Assembly: GCA_044892525.1 (NCBI GenBank)
Contig: CM097885.1
Location: forward strand, 191,394,001 to 191,458,000
Direction: 5' to 3'
DNA from: Schmidtea polychroa
Lineage: Eukaryota
Length of the DNA: 64,000 nt
In this document: positions 39,063 to 52,800 of the stretch, one piece after another
How the letters are laid out: each line of letters opens with the position of its first letter
Numbering within the stretch: the stretch's first letter is position 1
Made by a program: the position numbers and the translations under genes
Notes under the pieces: model-generated
Told to the model about the DNA's origin: nothing
Seen by the model: only the letters and a program-made list of their open reading frames with translations
The model's database searches: none

Positions 39063-41752
39063 CAGGGCCGCCGCGTACGATTGTTCATATTGTGCGCCGC
39101 ACAAGGGCGCCGAGTGATAAAGGCGCCGTCAGGCGCCTCTTTCACTCGGCGCCACCTCACTAAATAAAAAAAATTAAAATTAAATATAAAAAAATTAAAT
39201 GATAAAGAAGAAAAAGTGACAAATATGGATTTATTAGAGAGATACTGGAAACGCGGGCGCAACGTATACCTTATTCTAACACGCTATGAAAGCGCGCTCG
39301 TGACTTCGTGCAATGCGATCGGTGTCGATCGCTCAACTTCGTTCGATAAAGGCGTCACCGTGACGCGCGGCATTTCACATTTACGTCTAGTCAAGACCAC
39401 CACTGCATTTCTCTTCTGCGAAATCAAATATTTATTGATTTTCATCAGGCATTCATTATAAAATTTCAACGTAAGTATAATTTACAATATTAAATAACTA
39501 ATTATATATTAAATAACAATATTAAATAATTACAATGTATAATAAATTTTAACTTAAAATCCTTAGATGTCTGGAATCGGAAAAAAATCAAAATTATCAG
39601 GCGCGCAAAATAAGAAAAATAGACTTCAGCGAGAAGACGCTCGACAAAAGCTATCAGGTTCTTTAGATAAATTCACTATTAAAACTATTAATCCTACTAC
39701 GACTGCAACGGAAGAAAATCAAGACCTGAATCTCGAAACACAAAGTTCTTCTGGTGTATCCACAAACTCTACAATAGAAAACGAATCGAAAGAAAGTAAT
39801 AAAACCGATTCCGATTCTGAAAAAATTGATTTTAATGATCCGGCTACTTGACCAAAACAAATTAATATAAAATTAAGAGATTGTTTAATAGAAAATGATC
39901 CTAAGCAATTAATTTTGAAAGACTTCCCAAAAAATGAGTCTGGACGTAAATTTTCTGATAATTATTATTATCGAACTTGATACAACACCAGACATAAGCC
40001 ATACTGAACAGTTAACCATTATCATAAGATTTGTTTATCACAATAAATCGAGAAATGTCGTGAGCATTTTTTAGGATTCCAAAGTGTAACTGACACAACC
40101 GGTGTAGGTTTATTCGAGTTCATCATTAACCATTTGAAATTAATGAACATTAATATATCAGATTTACGCGGACAGTCGTACGATAACGGAGCTAATATGC
40201 GTGGGAGACATAATGGACTTCAACAAAAAATTCTTGAAATAAATTCACGAGCTTCTTTCGTTCCATGCGCTGCTCATTCATTAAATTTGGTAGTGAACGA
40301 TGCAGCTAAAATTTCATTTGAGACGGTAAATTTTTTTAGTGTGATTCAAGAACTATATAATTATTTTTCAATTAGTGTGAAACGGTGGGATGTATTAAAA
40401 AAATACGTTAAAAACTTAACCCTAAAACCACTTTCTGCAACTAGATGGGAAAGTCGGATAGAAGCCCTGAAACCTCTGAAAATGTATATGTCAGAAATTT
40501 ATCAAAGCTCTATTAGATATCACTAATTACCACACAAAAGACATGGATTCTAGAGCTCAAGCAAATAATATAATTTCAAAAATTTGTTCTTTTAAATTTT
40601 TGTGTTCCGTCTCAATTTGGTATGATATATTGAATCTTGTCAATATTGTCAGCAAAATAATGCAAAAGCCCACATTCGATTTACAATTAGTAACAGAAAA
40701 TCTTAATTCAATTTTGAACAACTTAAAAAGTCTTAGAACTGATGATAAATTTGAAGAACTTGTGACGTCTGCAATGGCTAAAGCTAGAGAACTTGATATT
40801 GAGCCTGATTTCCCTAAAACTCGAAAGCGAAAAAAAAGGAAGTTATTCGATTACGAAGCATCAGATGATACAGTGAAGGATGCAAAACATGATTTTAAAA
40901 TTAACTTCTACTTCGCGATTCTGGACACCACTATATCGTCAATTTCAGAACGATTTCAACAATTGCAACAACACAACGAAGATTTTAAAATAATACACAA
41001 CATCAACCAACTAAAACAATGGGATAATGAGGATTTATTGAAACACTGCAAAGATTTGCATATAAAATTAACCAACGGTGCAAGCAATGAAGATATTGAT
41101 GGTATAGCTCTAAACGAAGAATTAAAAACCATTCAATTTTTTATAAAATCTGACTTGTCTCCTCACGAGGTTTTAAATTACATTTATAAAAATGCATTAA
41201 ATGAGATCTTCCCGAATATAACTATTGTATTACGCGTTTTTTAACATTACCTGTGTCTGTTGCTTCTGGAGAAAGAAGTTTCTCTAAGTTAAAACTAATT
41301 AAAAACTATTTACGGTCTACCATGAAAGAAGAACGATTAACGGACTTATCTATAATATCTATAGAAAGCGATATTTTGGATTCCATAGATATTAACGATC
41401 TCATAAAAATCTTTGTAGCTGCTAAAGCTAGAAGAGTAAATATGTAAAAAGTATTTTGATTTTTGAGTGATGAATAATTATAAAGTAATCTAAGTCTTAA
41501 TATATGTTTGAGACAAGCAAATTTTATTGATTGCTTAGATTTAGCATTATATATTGTATGTATATAACCCATGCCTGTATATTATGGTATTGTATAAGCT
41601 TTAATTATATTTTAAAATAAAAGTATTCATTGGAAATATTCTAATGATTAAATTCATAACAAGTCATAGTTTTTGACATGGGAGTTCAGTTCAGGGAAGG
41701 GCGCTGAAAAAAATCTGGCACAAAGGCGCCTCTTACCCACGCGGCGGCCCTG
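39063..41752 (+). mobile_element. Internally deleted hAT transposon, 2690 bp, perfect 14-bp TIRs, 8-bp TSD CTTGAAAC
   Basis: CAGGGCCGCCGCGT...ACGCGGCGGCCCTG; TSD at 39055-39062 and 41753-41760. Transposase fragments span 39567-41447 with a deletion junction near 39978. Confidence 0.95.
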
Positions 41753-41976
41753 CTTGAAACATCCTCAATTTGAAAATATGAAATATCTTTTTAACAGATT
41801 TCTGATCAAGATATACCTTGTAAATAAATAGTTCGGTGAAAATTGAGTATTATTCCATCTTAAATTTATGAAGGACGAGAAATATTTATTATTTTCTATT
41901 AAGTGTGGGTTTATGAAACTAATATTTTCTTAAAAGAGCAATGTAAAATATGATTTTACACTCAATACCTCTCATG

Positions 41977-42487
41977 CAGTGGCATAAATAGCGTACGGCC
42001 AGTGGCAGATCTTACTTAAAAATTTTGTAAAAGTATTTAAAAAATTCAAAAGAAAATTTTATTTATATAAAAACTGAATTCTTCTTGTTTTCTACAAAAT
42101 TCTTTAATTACTAAATCATAAAATTGTCTTTAGTAGTCAAAAGTTCGTTTTAAAAGATATTAAAAATTTAAAATATAGAATTTCTCAAAATTGAAGTGCC
42201 AGCAATGCTTGCATTGCTTCTATGGACTAGCCACCACTGGTCCTGGCTCATCCTTTCCAATGTGTAAAAACTTGTATTATAGTAACCGGGTATCTTAATA
42301 TATTTCGTGAAACAAAAGGCTGGGAAGAATTTCAGGCTACCAATAAAGTCCGCCAATACCCAATTTATATTTTTTAAATTTTATATTTTTTTAATTGTTG
42401 AATTATAAATATATAATAGGTACCCAAGTTAGGTGCCCAATCATTATGTTTTGCTATGGGGCCCGATCTATCCAAGTTACGCCACTG
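41977..42487. mobile_element. Possible old hAT MITE(s)
   Basis: CAGTGGC... and ...GCCACTG ends with only a partial TSD (CTCTCATG vs TTTTTATG). A second CAGTGG/CCACTG pair lies inside. Confidence 0.4.
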
Positions 42488-42639
42488 TTTTTATGTTATA
42501 TCGTTTAGAGTTCGGTATCGTATTTATAACAACATCAGTGTAAGTCTCTTCATTTACTATACTAACTTACCAACCATCCTAAAAAATTATAACAGCAAAG
42601 GATAATAGAAAATTAATTTAGTTTCACTAACATTTACTG

Positions 42640-43040
42640 ATAAATAATGAGTAATAGATCAAATTATATTTTTGCACACAAAAATTGATCTTAATTATTA
42701 TGCAAACATTCATAAAAATTAATCTCGATAAATGATTGACTTGATTGATCACAATTTTTAATTTATTACTTTAATTTAATCAAATAATAAATTATTACAA
42801 GAACCAATCACATTCGATCCGCATGATCCAATCACAGTGCGAATAATGGCTGAAATATTTTGCCATGTCTAAATTATGTTGACTTTTTAAAGTATTGCAG
42901 ATATATTTCTTTCTAATAATATTGTTAAGTTGACATTTTGGGGTACGGGGGGTACGGTAGGATATTCGATAATCTCATTAATTGTCATTCCTTCATATCC
43001 ATTTCTCACCAAAATGTCAATATATTTTTTTTAATTAATT
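42640..43040 (+). repeat. Host repeat copy whose continuation is split across 44735-44759 and 60011-60120
   Basis: The three pieces join in order to match 61490-62020. Confidence 0.75.
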
Positions 43041-44802
43041 TTTTTTCATTTCAATTATTTTTCAAATTTTTTTTATTTCGCAATGATTTTTGTACATTTA
43101 AATATTCATCTGGACAACTCCAAAATATATTAAGAAATAAACCAAATGAAGCTTTAAGGTCAAATTTACAAAATAACTTACTGAGTGACGAATATTATTT
43201 TTTTCATAAAATTATTAAATTGTATTTACTGCTGTCATTTTATCCGTTTGAATATTGTTGGGTTTTAGCTAATTTAAGTCGGTAACCTCTGACTCCTCAT
43301 GTCCTTTTAATCAAAACAATAAACTACCCAAGGTATATTTGAATCACAAAAATATATTTCTATCGACAATTAATCACCAAAGTTTTACAAGTTTGACCGA
43401 TTCTCCGCTCGGTGTTGATGCTTTGACAAAAGATAATATTCACCTTTTTATTTCTTCAGCTTCTTTCGACCAACGATTCCTTTTGCTATTTAATTTGATT
43501 CCTTTTCCCTTTTTCATATCTCCTATTCTATATTTTCTTTTCTCTAATCTCATAAATTCGTTTTTGCCGTTTGCCTATTCTCGTTTCTTCTTACCCTAAC
43601 TGAGGCAAAATTCCGATTATTTTGAATTTCGACTTTGATTTTATACTGGAATAATCACTTTGATTAATCGATTTTTGACCTGATTGCTCCTATCTGACAA
43701 TGGTTTGACAACCGGCTCCTTGAACGTTGTTTGCACCATATCATGATTAATTGGCTGCCTTTGCTATTCCTTCGTAATAGTCCTACCTTTGTTTGTCTCT
43801 ATTAATCATGCTGTCATGATTATGGTCTTACGAGATTCTCATTTTGTTTACTTTTCATGTTAATCGATCTCGGGTTCTTCATTGACTCGGGTTTTTTATT
43901 AGCCAATTAATGAATGAATTAACAATTTTTTGTTTTAACACATTTGAATGCTTTTTGACCCTTTCTAACCATTTTCTGACAAATCCCTAATCATCATCTT
44001 GTTGACCATCAGCTAATCTATACCTGTTCCGTTTTCCCCATTCAATTTAGATAACTTTACAATTTATTGATTTTTCTCGCATTTCCAGATTCTTGCCCTT
44101 CGCAATTGCTATTGCCATTTCCTAATATTGCTTCCATCATACTTTCCTTTGCTATCAATTATGTGCATGATCACGCTTTTATTTGTCTTTTCCTTCACCT
44201 ACTTTTTATTTAAATTTTCAACCTAAATTTATTTAAATTTATTTTAATTTACTGACTTCAACTATATTATTATTGAAAATGACACATTCAGACGAGTTAT
44301 CGAAATAAGAGAAGATATAAAAGAAGTAAATGTGTTTATGACAAGGGGATTTCATCAATTTTAAAGGAATATATCAGCATGATTTGTGCAAATAAAACAC
44401 CTGAATATGACATTTGGACACTACTGTAAGACTTCAAAACTTTTTTTCCAAGACAGATATTGATGCACTTCGTTAAAAGTTATACACAAAATCTTCCTGA
44501 AGTACATAGCTCTTTATCTGTACGTTCTTATGAAAAGCTATATTTTCCATCAAAAATATCACCAAGTTTATTCTTTATTCTCCTAACTGGTTACATTCGA
44601 TATTTCATAACATCATATTTTGAAATAATGCCACAAACAGCTATACGTTCCATGTACCTATGTTTGGAAAGATGTGAACAGTTGGCAAGTTTATTAATAA
44701 TCTCTCATTACTAACCCTTGAGCAAATTATTTTCAATTTATCATTTCTTCATTGAGGCTAGTAGGTAGATAGTAGCCCACTGCAGCAATGACCCCCCCGG
44801 TG

Positions 44803-44875
44803 GGGGGGGGTTCTGCAGCAACTTTTTTTTTGCTGCAACTTTTTTTGCTGCAACTTTTGATTACGCAATTTTTCA
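44803..44875 (+). repeat. Left 73-bp terminal inverted repeat (G8 plus three TGCAAC-T(n) units)
   Basis: Reverse complement of 59938-60010 with one mismatch (44817); T-run lengths are identical. Confidence 0.95.
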
Positions 44876-45555
44876 GACTATAGTGAGGGGGTCTCGATGG
44901 TCCTGGGATTTTCAATACAAAAAAATTTTTTCTATACAAAAACGATGGTCCTGGAATTTTCAATACAAATAAAATTTTTTCAATACAAAAATCCGACTAC
45001 CACTAAAAAAGCATGGAATTTTCAGACTATAGTGAGGGGGTCTCGATGGTCCTGGGATTTTCAATACAAAAAGCTGGTCTACACTAAAAAAGCATGGTAA
45101 TTTAAGGTCTCAGGATATTTTCAATACAAAAAGGTTGTCTTCAATAAAAAAGCATGGATTTTTCTAGGTCAATTCAGGTGAGTCTCCTTGGTCCTGAGAA
45201 ATAGGTGGTCTACACTAAAATAACGTGGTAATTTAAGGTCTCAGGATATTTTCAATACAAAAAGGTGGTCTTCAATAAAAAAGCATGGATTTTTCTAGGT
45301 CAATTCAGGTGAGTCTCCTTGGTCCTGAGAAATAGGTGGTCTACACTAAAAAAACGTGGTAATTTAAGGTCTCAGAATATTTTCAACACAAAAAGCTGGT
45401 CTACACTAAAAAAGCATGGTAATTTAAGGTCTCAGGATATTTTCAATACAAAAATCCGACTACCACTAAAAAAGCATGGAATTTTCAGACTATAGTGAGG
45501 TGAGTCTCCTTGGACCTGAGAAATAGGTGGTCTACACTAAAAAACGTGGTAAATT
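44876..45555. repeat. Satellite A, left arm (modular units sharing GGTCTACACTAAAAAA)
   Basis: Recurrent ~60- and ~70-bp modules, mirrored at 56680-58765. Confidence 0.9.
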
Positions 45556-46180
45556 TTTCAATTAAAGTAAATAATGGTTCTAAAAAATTAAATTACAGTA
45601 AATTATGGTCCTAAAAATTAAATTACAGTAAATTATAGTCCAAATTTTTAAATTAAAGTAAATTATGGTTCTAAATTTTAAATTAAAGTTAATTAAGGTC
45701 CAAATTTTTAAATTAAAGTAAATAATGGTTCTAAAAATTAAATTAAAGTAAATTAAGGTTCTAAATTTTAAATTAAAGTAAATTAAGGTTCTAAAAAATT
45801 AAAATAAAGTAAATTATGGTCCAAATTTTTAAATTAAGTAATCAATGGTAAAAAATTTTAAATAAGTAAATTAAAGTAATAATTTTTAAATTAAGTAATC
45901 AATGGTAAAAAATTTTAAATAAGTAAATTAAAGTAAGATTTTAAAATTTAATTACAAAAAGTTGAAGGTGTTTGAGAATTGAAATTTTTTAATGAAAATT
46001 TTCAATGGTAATTTTTAATGAAAATTTTTATGGAATATTTTTTTAAGTAATTTTTAATAGAAAATTTTATGAAATATTTTTCAATGGTAATTTTTAATAG
46101 AAATTTTTATGAAATATTTTTCAATGATAATTTTAGATGGAAATTTTTATGAAATATTTTTCAAAGACAAATTTTAATAA
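45556..46180. repeat. Satellites B (~30-bp AAAGTAAATTATGGTYCTAAAAATT) and C (~40-bp TTTTAATGAAAATTTTTATGAAATA), left arm
   Basis: AT-rich tandem arrays mirrored at about 55860-56680. Confidence 0.88.
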
Positions 46181-46189
46181 TAATTCAAC

Positions 46190-48030
46190 AACAAATCAAC
46201 AACTTAGTACCAACAACCAGTAACTTACGAACATGTATTACCAACCAGATACCTACAACCAGTTACCTGATACCAAGTACCAACAACCAAAACATGCAAC
46301 CAACTAGGTACCAAGTACTAACAACCAACTACTAAGTACTAACAACCAAAAACAACCAACCAGGTACTAGATACCAAGTACTAACAACCAAGTAACTTAC
46401 CTAGTAATAAGCACTGTCAACTAGTTACTAACAACCAGTTACCTGCTACCAAGTACTTACAACTAGTTACTAACAACCAATTACCTGCTACCAAGTACTT
46501 ACAACTAGATACCACGTACTAACTAACTCTCAACCCCCACCTACCCATTAACTAGTTACCAAGTACTTACAACTAGATATCACGTACTAACAACCGTCAA
46601 CAACCAGGTACTAAGCCTTATCAACCTACAACTAGTTACTAACAACCAGTTACCTGATACCAAGTAAATACAACCACCTAACAAGTACTAACAATCAAAA
46701 ACAATCAACCAACTAGGTACCAGATACCAACTAGCTACCAAGTACTAACAACCAACAACAACCAGGTACTAAGCATTAATTACTAACTACTAAGTACCTA
46801 CAACCTACAACTAGATACTAACAACCAGTTACCTGATACCAAATACTTACAACTAGATACCAAGTACTATCAACCAAAAACAACCAACCAACTAGCTACC
46901 TGTTACCAAGTACATACAACAAAACAACCAACCAACTAGGTTCCAAGTACTTACAACTAACTACCAAGTACATACAACCACCTACCAATTACCTAGCTAC
47001 AACCTACAACTAGATACCAAGTACTATTAACCAAAAACAACCAACCAACCAGTTACCTGATACCAGATACCTACAACTAGATACCTACAACTAGTTACCT
47101 GATAGCAACCAACTAGGTACCAGATACCAAGTACTAACAACCACCAACAACCAGATACCTACAACTAGTTACTAACAACCAGTTACCTGCTACTAAATAC
47201 CTACAACCAACTAGCTACCACCTACCAAGTACTAACAACTAGATACTAACAACCAGTTACCCATTAACTAGCTACCAACTACTAAGTACCTACAACCACC
47301 TACCCATTAACTAGCTACAACCAGTTAACAACTAGCTACCACCTACCAATTAACTAGCTACAACCAGCTAACAACCAGTTACCTGCTACCAAGTACTTAC
47401 AACTAGTTACTAACAACCAATTACCTGCTACCAAGTACTTACAACCAACATCAACCAGGTACTAAGCATCATCAACTAGATACCAAGTACCTACAACCAA
47501 CTAGCTACCACCTACCAATTAACTAGCTACAACCAGCTAACTAGGTACTAGATACCAAGTACTAACAACCAGTTACCAACTACTAAGCATTAATTACCTA
47601 CAACTAGTTACTAACAACTAGTTACCTGATAGCAAGTACTTACAACTAGATACCACGCACTAACTAACTCTCAAACAACCAGATACTTACAACCAGTTAC
47701 CAACTACTAACTACCTACAACCACCTACCCATTAACTAGCTACAACCAGCTAACTAGGTACTAGATACCAAGTACTAACAACCAGTTACCTGCTACTAAG
47801 TACCTACAACCACCTACTAAGTACCAACAACCAACAACAACCAGCTAACAACTAACTACCACCTACCAAGTACTAACAACCAGCTAACAACTAACTACCA
47901 CCTACCAAGTACCTACAACCAACTACCAAGTACCAAGTACTAACAACTAGCTACCACCTAACAAGTACCAACAATCAACTAGCTACCAGATACCAAGTAC
48001 CTACAACCAACTACCAAGTACTAACAACCA
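46190..48030. repeat. Satellite D, left arm: aperiodic C/A-rich array of shuffled short words (TACCAAGTAC, TAACAACC, AGTTACCTG, CCCATTAACTAGC)
   Basis: The strand is strongly G-poor; mirrored as a G/T-rich array at about 54585-55800. Confidence 0.9.
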
Positions 48031-48525
48031 GATGACCACGTGAAATTATTAATTAAATAGGTAAAATAATGTTTAATTTTTAAATTAACTAATCAATGAT
48101 CTAAAATATTAAAGTTAAAGTCAATTTAAGATGCAAATCTTAGTCAATTAATCAATGACCACATGAAATTATTGGTTAAATATGAAAATAAGGGTTATAA
48201 TTAGTTGTTTAGTAAATTATGGCGTAAAATTAAGTAATAAAGGATAAATAGGCAAAATAAGGATAAGTAAATTAAAGTTAAAAATTTTAAATAAGTAAAT
48301 TAAGGTTCAAAATTTTAAATTAAAGGAAACAATGGTTTAAATTTTAAATTAAAGCTAAATGAGTAAATTAAAGTAATAATTTTTAAATAAGTAATGTAAT
48401 AAGTAAATTAAACTAAGATTTTTAAATTTATTAACAAAAAATAGAAGGTGTTTGAGAATTGAAATTTTTTAATGAAAATTTTTATGAAATATTTTTTAAG
48501 TTAATTTTTAATGGAAATTTTAATG

Positions 48526-48556
<31 letters not shown>

Positions 48557-49025
48557 TCAACAGTTACCAACAATCGGTTACTAAATATTTTTAACTAGGT
48601 GCTAACAAATACTTACAACATGATACCACGTACTAACTAACTCTCAAACAACCAGATACTTACAACTAACTACTAAATATTCTTCACTGTATTTTATGAA
48701 ATGCATTTTTAAATTAATATTTTTTATACAGCTTCTATAATAATTTTAATTACAATCAGTAGAAAAACCTTTTCAAAATGTCTAAATTTAACAAAAATGT
48801 TGATTTTCATCAAAAAACCACAACTCAACCACTTTAAAACACCACGTGGAATTCAAAATAATTACAATGAAAGACTAATGAATTCTAATTTACAAAACAT
48901 TCTTCTTTTAAATGATAACTACTGACTTATTATTGCAAAGTAAAAATCGCATTCAATATATACTTATTGTTGATCAGTTTTATTATATATACTCTGAGTT
49001 TATCCGACAGGATGTTTTGACCCCC

Positions 49026-49090
49026 TAAGGGTACTGGTCGTAAGGGTACTGGTCGTAAGGGTATTAGTCGTAAGGGTACTGGTCGTAAGG
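49026..49090. repeat. 15-bp tandem repeat TAAGGGTACTGGTCG (~4.3 copies)
   Basis: An inverted array of about 3.5 copies lies at 53701-53753 and a degenerate third array at about 52171-52250. Confidence 0.9.
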
Positions 49091-49863
49091 ATATTGCTAA
49101 CTCTCAACCCCCACCTACCCATTAACTAGCTACTAAGTACTAACCACTAGGTTTCAAACAACTAAATACTAAACACTAACAACCAACAACAACCAGGTAC
49201 TAAGCATTATCAACCTACAACTATATAACAACAATCAGTAAACAACACTGTACCTACTACCAAATACAAGATACCACCTACCAAGTACCAACAATCAACT
49301 AACAACACATAAAAATAATAGCAATTAAATACAAAATATTCTTCATCGCATACACTATTTTCTTATCAAAATCTAAAAAGTCAACCAACTACTTACAACC
49401 TACAACTATGTACTAACAAATTGATCTTTAAAAGCAAATACTCATCACTTGAAAAAATTAGATGAAAAATTAATTGAACTCAGGGCACTTTTAAGATATT
49501 TGAACTCAAGGCATCAATAACTTAGTAAAAATTGATTAAATTATTGTAAAAATTTAAATTATTCAAAATATACTAAATTAAAAAAATATAATTAATAGAC
49601 AAGAAAGAACTTTAAATTCTAGTCATTGATCATTCAAGTTAATATGAATCAACTAAGATAATAAATTAATAAGAATTTTGAAATAAGATCTAGTAGATAA
49701 TTGATTTAGATTGAATAAATTAATTTAAATAAAATTAAATTTAATTATTTTTTGTAAAAGTAATACATGTACTCAAATTGATTGACTGATTTCTCAATAT
49801 ATTCAAAAAATCAGTATAAATTCATTACAATTATCAAAGTCATCAATCTACAATAAAAATAAT

Positions 49864-52800
49864 TATCATAAAATTCCAAAAGACACTGATAACTAATGAT
49901 AACATCTAATAAACCAGTAAATTTATTTAAATGACAATAATTGGTATATCCTAGTGAATTCTCCAATTTCTCATTTCCTCCCAAATATATCAATATGTAA
50001 AGATTGGTATTGTAATGATAAATACTTGTTAAAGATCATATATTCACCTCAAACTAACAAGATTCCTTAAAATCCCTTAAATGACTATATTTCTACCCTT
50101 AATTCATATTATTACAAATATTTCACTAAAATCATCTAAAAAGCATCAAATTTCATTGAAATAACTCTATCTTTTAAGATTGATATTTTAATGATAAGTA
50201 CTTGTTAAAGATCATATATTCCCCTCAGACTAATAAGATTGCTTAAACTCCCCTTTAAATGACTATAATTCTAACTTTAATTCCTATTATCATACATGTT
50301 TCACTATTGATAAAACCAGTTATAATTAAATTTTTGTTAATCACTGTAAATTTTTGTAAATCACTGTACTTGAAATTTAAAATAAATATAACTGACTAGG
50401 TCCCATTGAAAGATTAAATTTATCCATTCAATAAAATATATTTCTTCAAATGATCATTTTTACCAATATTCAACCGATTTAATTACTAATTAAAATCAAG
50501 TTTCCTTTCAATAAAGATCAATTTTATTTAGTGTTTGTCGATGTTTTAAGTCCATATTTCTCAACTTTTGTCATTCTCCGCCTAAATAAAGATAAAAATA
50601 AATTAAAGTTGAAGTCAATCCCAATTATCTATAAAGATTTCATTGTCAAAACCAAGTAAATCGATCATTATCCCTACTTAATAGAACATTGTTCTAAATT
50701 AATTTACTGTGCATTAATCACAATCTAATAAAACGATATAATTATTATTGATACATAACTGACTAATTGACATTTCCCTTAAAACATTGATATTTTACCA
50801 ACAGCATACTTAAAAAATCATATATTCCCATCTTAACCCATCTCTCATTAAATTCAATCGACTATATCCCCCTTACAATGATATATTCCCAACTTATCTG
50901 ATCTCTCATTAAAATCAATCGACTATATCCCCCTTACAATGATATATTTCCATCTTATCTGATCTCTCATTAAATCTAACCGACTATATCCCCTTAAAAA
51001 ATCATATATTCCCACCTTATCTGATCTCTCATTAAATCTAACCGACTATATCCCTTTAAAAATCATATATTCCCATCTTAACCCATCCCTCATTAAATCT
51101 CACCGACAATATCCCATCTTATCCGATCTCTCAGCAAATAATTCTACCCTTTTAAACATCTATCCGATTATATCCCTTATTTTCCCTAAAGATTCCGCCC
51201 ACTTGAGCCCTTTAATATATATCAATCCTCTTAAAATCCTCAGAGAAATTCAAAAATATGACTTTTAATTAATTTTTATAGAACCAGACAAATAATAAGA
51301 GCCCATTAAAAGATCAAAATTCACTAAATTTTCTACAAATATTTACCATCAAATACTGGAGATGATATATATTGTTTGATCATAATTCTTCAGCTATTCA
51401 ACCAATCATTTTCAAGCAATAACAGCAAACTAAATTTCTGTATATCCTACAATAATTATCAAGTAAATTTAAAGTCATTGATAAAGTTGGTTTCTTAGCT
51501 TATGTTTTTTAAAGATCATCAATGTGTAAATATTCTTAGAAAATTATTGAAAAATTATTTATTCAAATATATTACAAAGTTATCATCAAAAATTTATTCT
51601 ATCACTTAATTATTAACCTAATTGTCAATGAAATTAATTTTTATTTAAAAACTATTCAATAAAATACCACTAATTATCAAGAAATTAACTAAATTTATCA
51701 ATTAAATTTATCACCATTAAAACTTTTAATCAGTCAACATGAAATTCTTAGAGAATTATTCAATATCCTCATAAAAATTTATCATATCACTTCATTATTG
51801 TAAAATCTCTAATTATTAACCTCATTGAAAATAATTTTTATTTAAAATTAAAAAAAACAAGTCAATAAAAATACATCCAATTATCAAGAAATTAATTAAA
51901 TTTATCTTAGAATTAGCATTAAATTATTAAATATTCATTCAATAAACATGAAATTTGCAAAAATGTTAGAAATCCATGAAAATGATAGATATCTACAAAA
52001 ATTACGGATATTCACAAAAAAGTATGGAAATTCATGAAAATATTAGAAATTCATAAAAATGATAGAAATTCACAAAAAAGATAGAAATTTACTTGAATAA
52101 AACCATCAACTCTAAAAATTATCAATACCTTAAACATCAAATTTGCCTAAATAATCATTCAAATAAAAACATTAAATACCTTTACGACTAATACCCTTGC
52201 GACATGTTGAATGTGAGTAGTACCCTTGTGAGCAATACCCATAGGGGGACAGAATATTTTGTCGGATAAACTCAGAGTATATATTAATTAACTCATTTAT
52301 CATTGAATTAGTCAAATTATCATAAATTTCGATAAAAAATCTAAAGTGGTAAGCAATGTAAAGAGAAATATTCTTTAAACTTTGATAAAATTAACAATGA
52401 AGGTGGTAAGAATCTTCATTAAAATGAGGAAATTACTCGATGATAAATTCAAATGGGTGAAAATAATTGGTAGAATAATTCATTAATGGATCATTGAATG
52501 GGCATATATAAGATGAAGTTTGATAAGAATGGAAATATATTATTTAAAATTATTTCATAAAATTCATAAATTTAATAAAAAAAAAACAAATATTTGTGGG
52601 GAATAATTAATCAAAATCGGGGGGATATTAGTGATTAATTAATGGGAAATAGAGAATCGGGGAATATAAGTGAATAATTAATGGAAAATCAGTGGAAAAT
52701 ATAGAGATTAAATAGTGGAGAATAATAGTGAATATAAGTGAGGAGGATATATAATTTAAGATAGTTTATTACATAACAAGCCATGACTAGGTTATTACAT

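Noticed and set aside
44733-45100. ORFs in satellite A (also 57278-57463 and 58291-58476)
   Set aside because: Chance open frames in tandem repeats with no recognisable domain.
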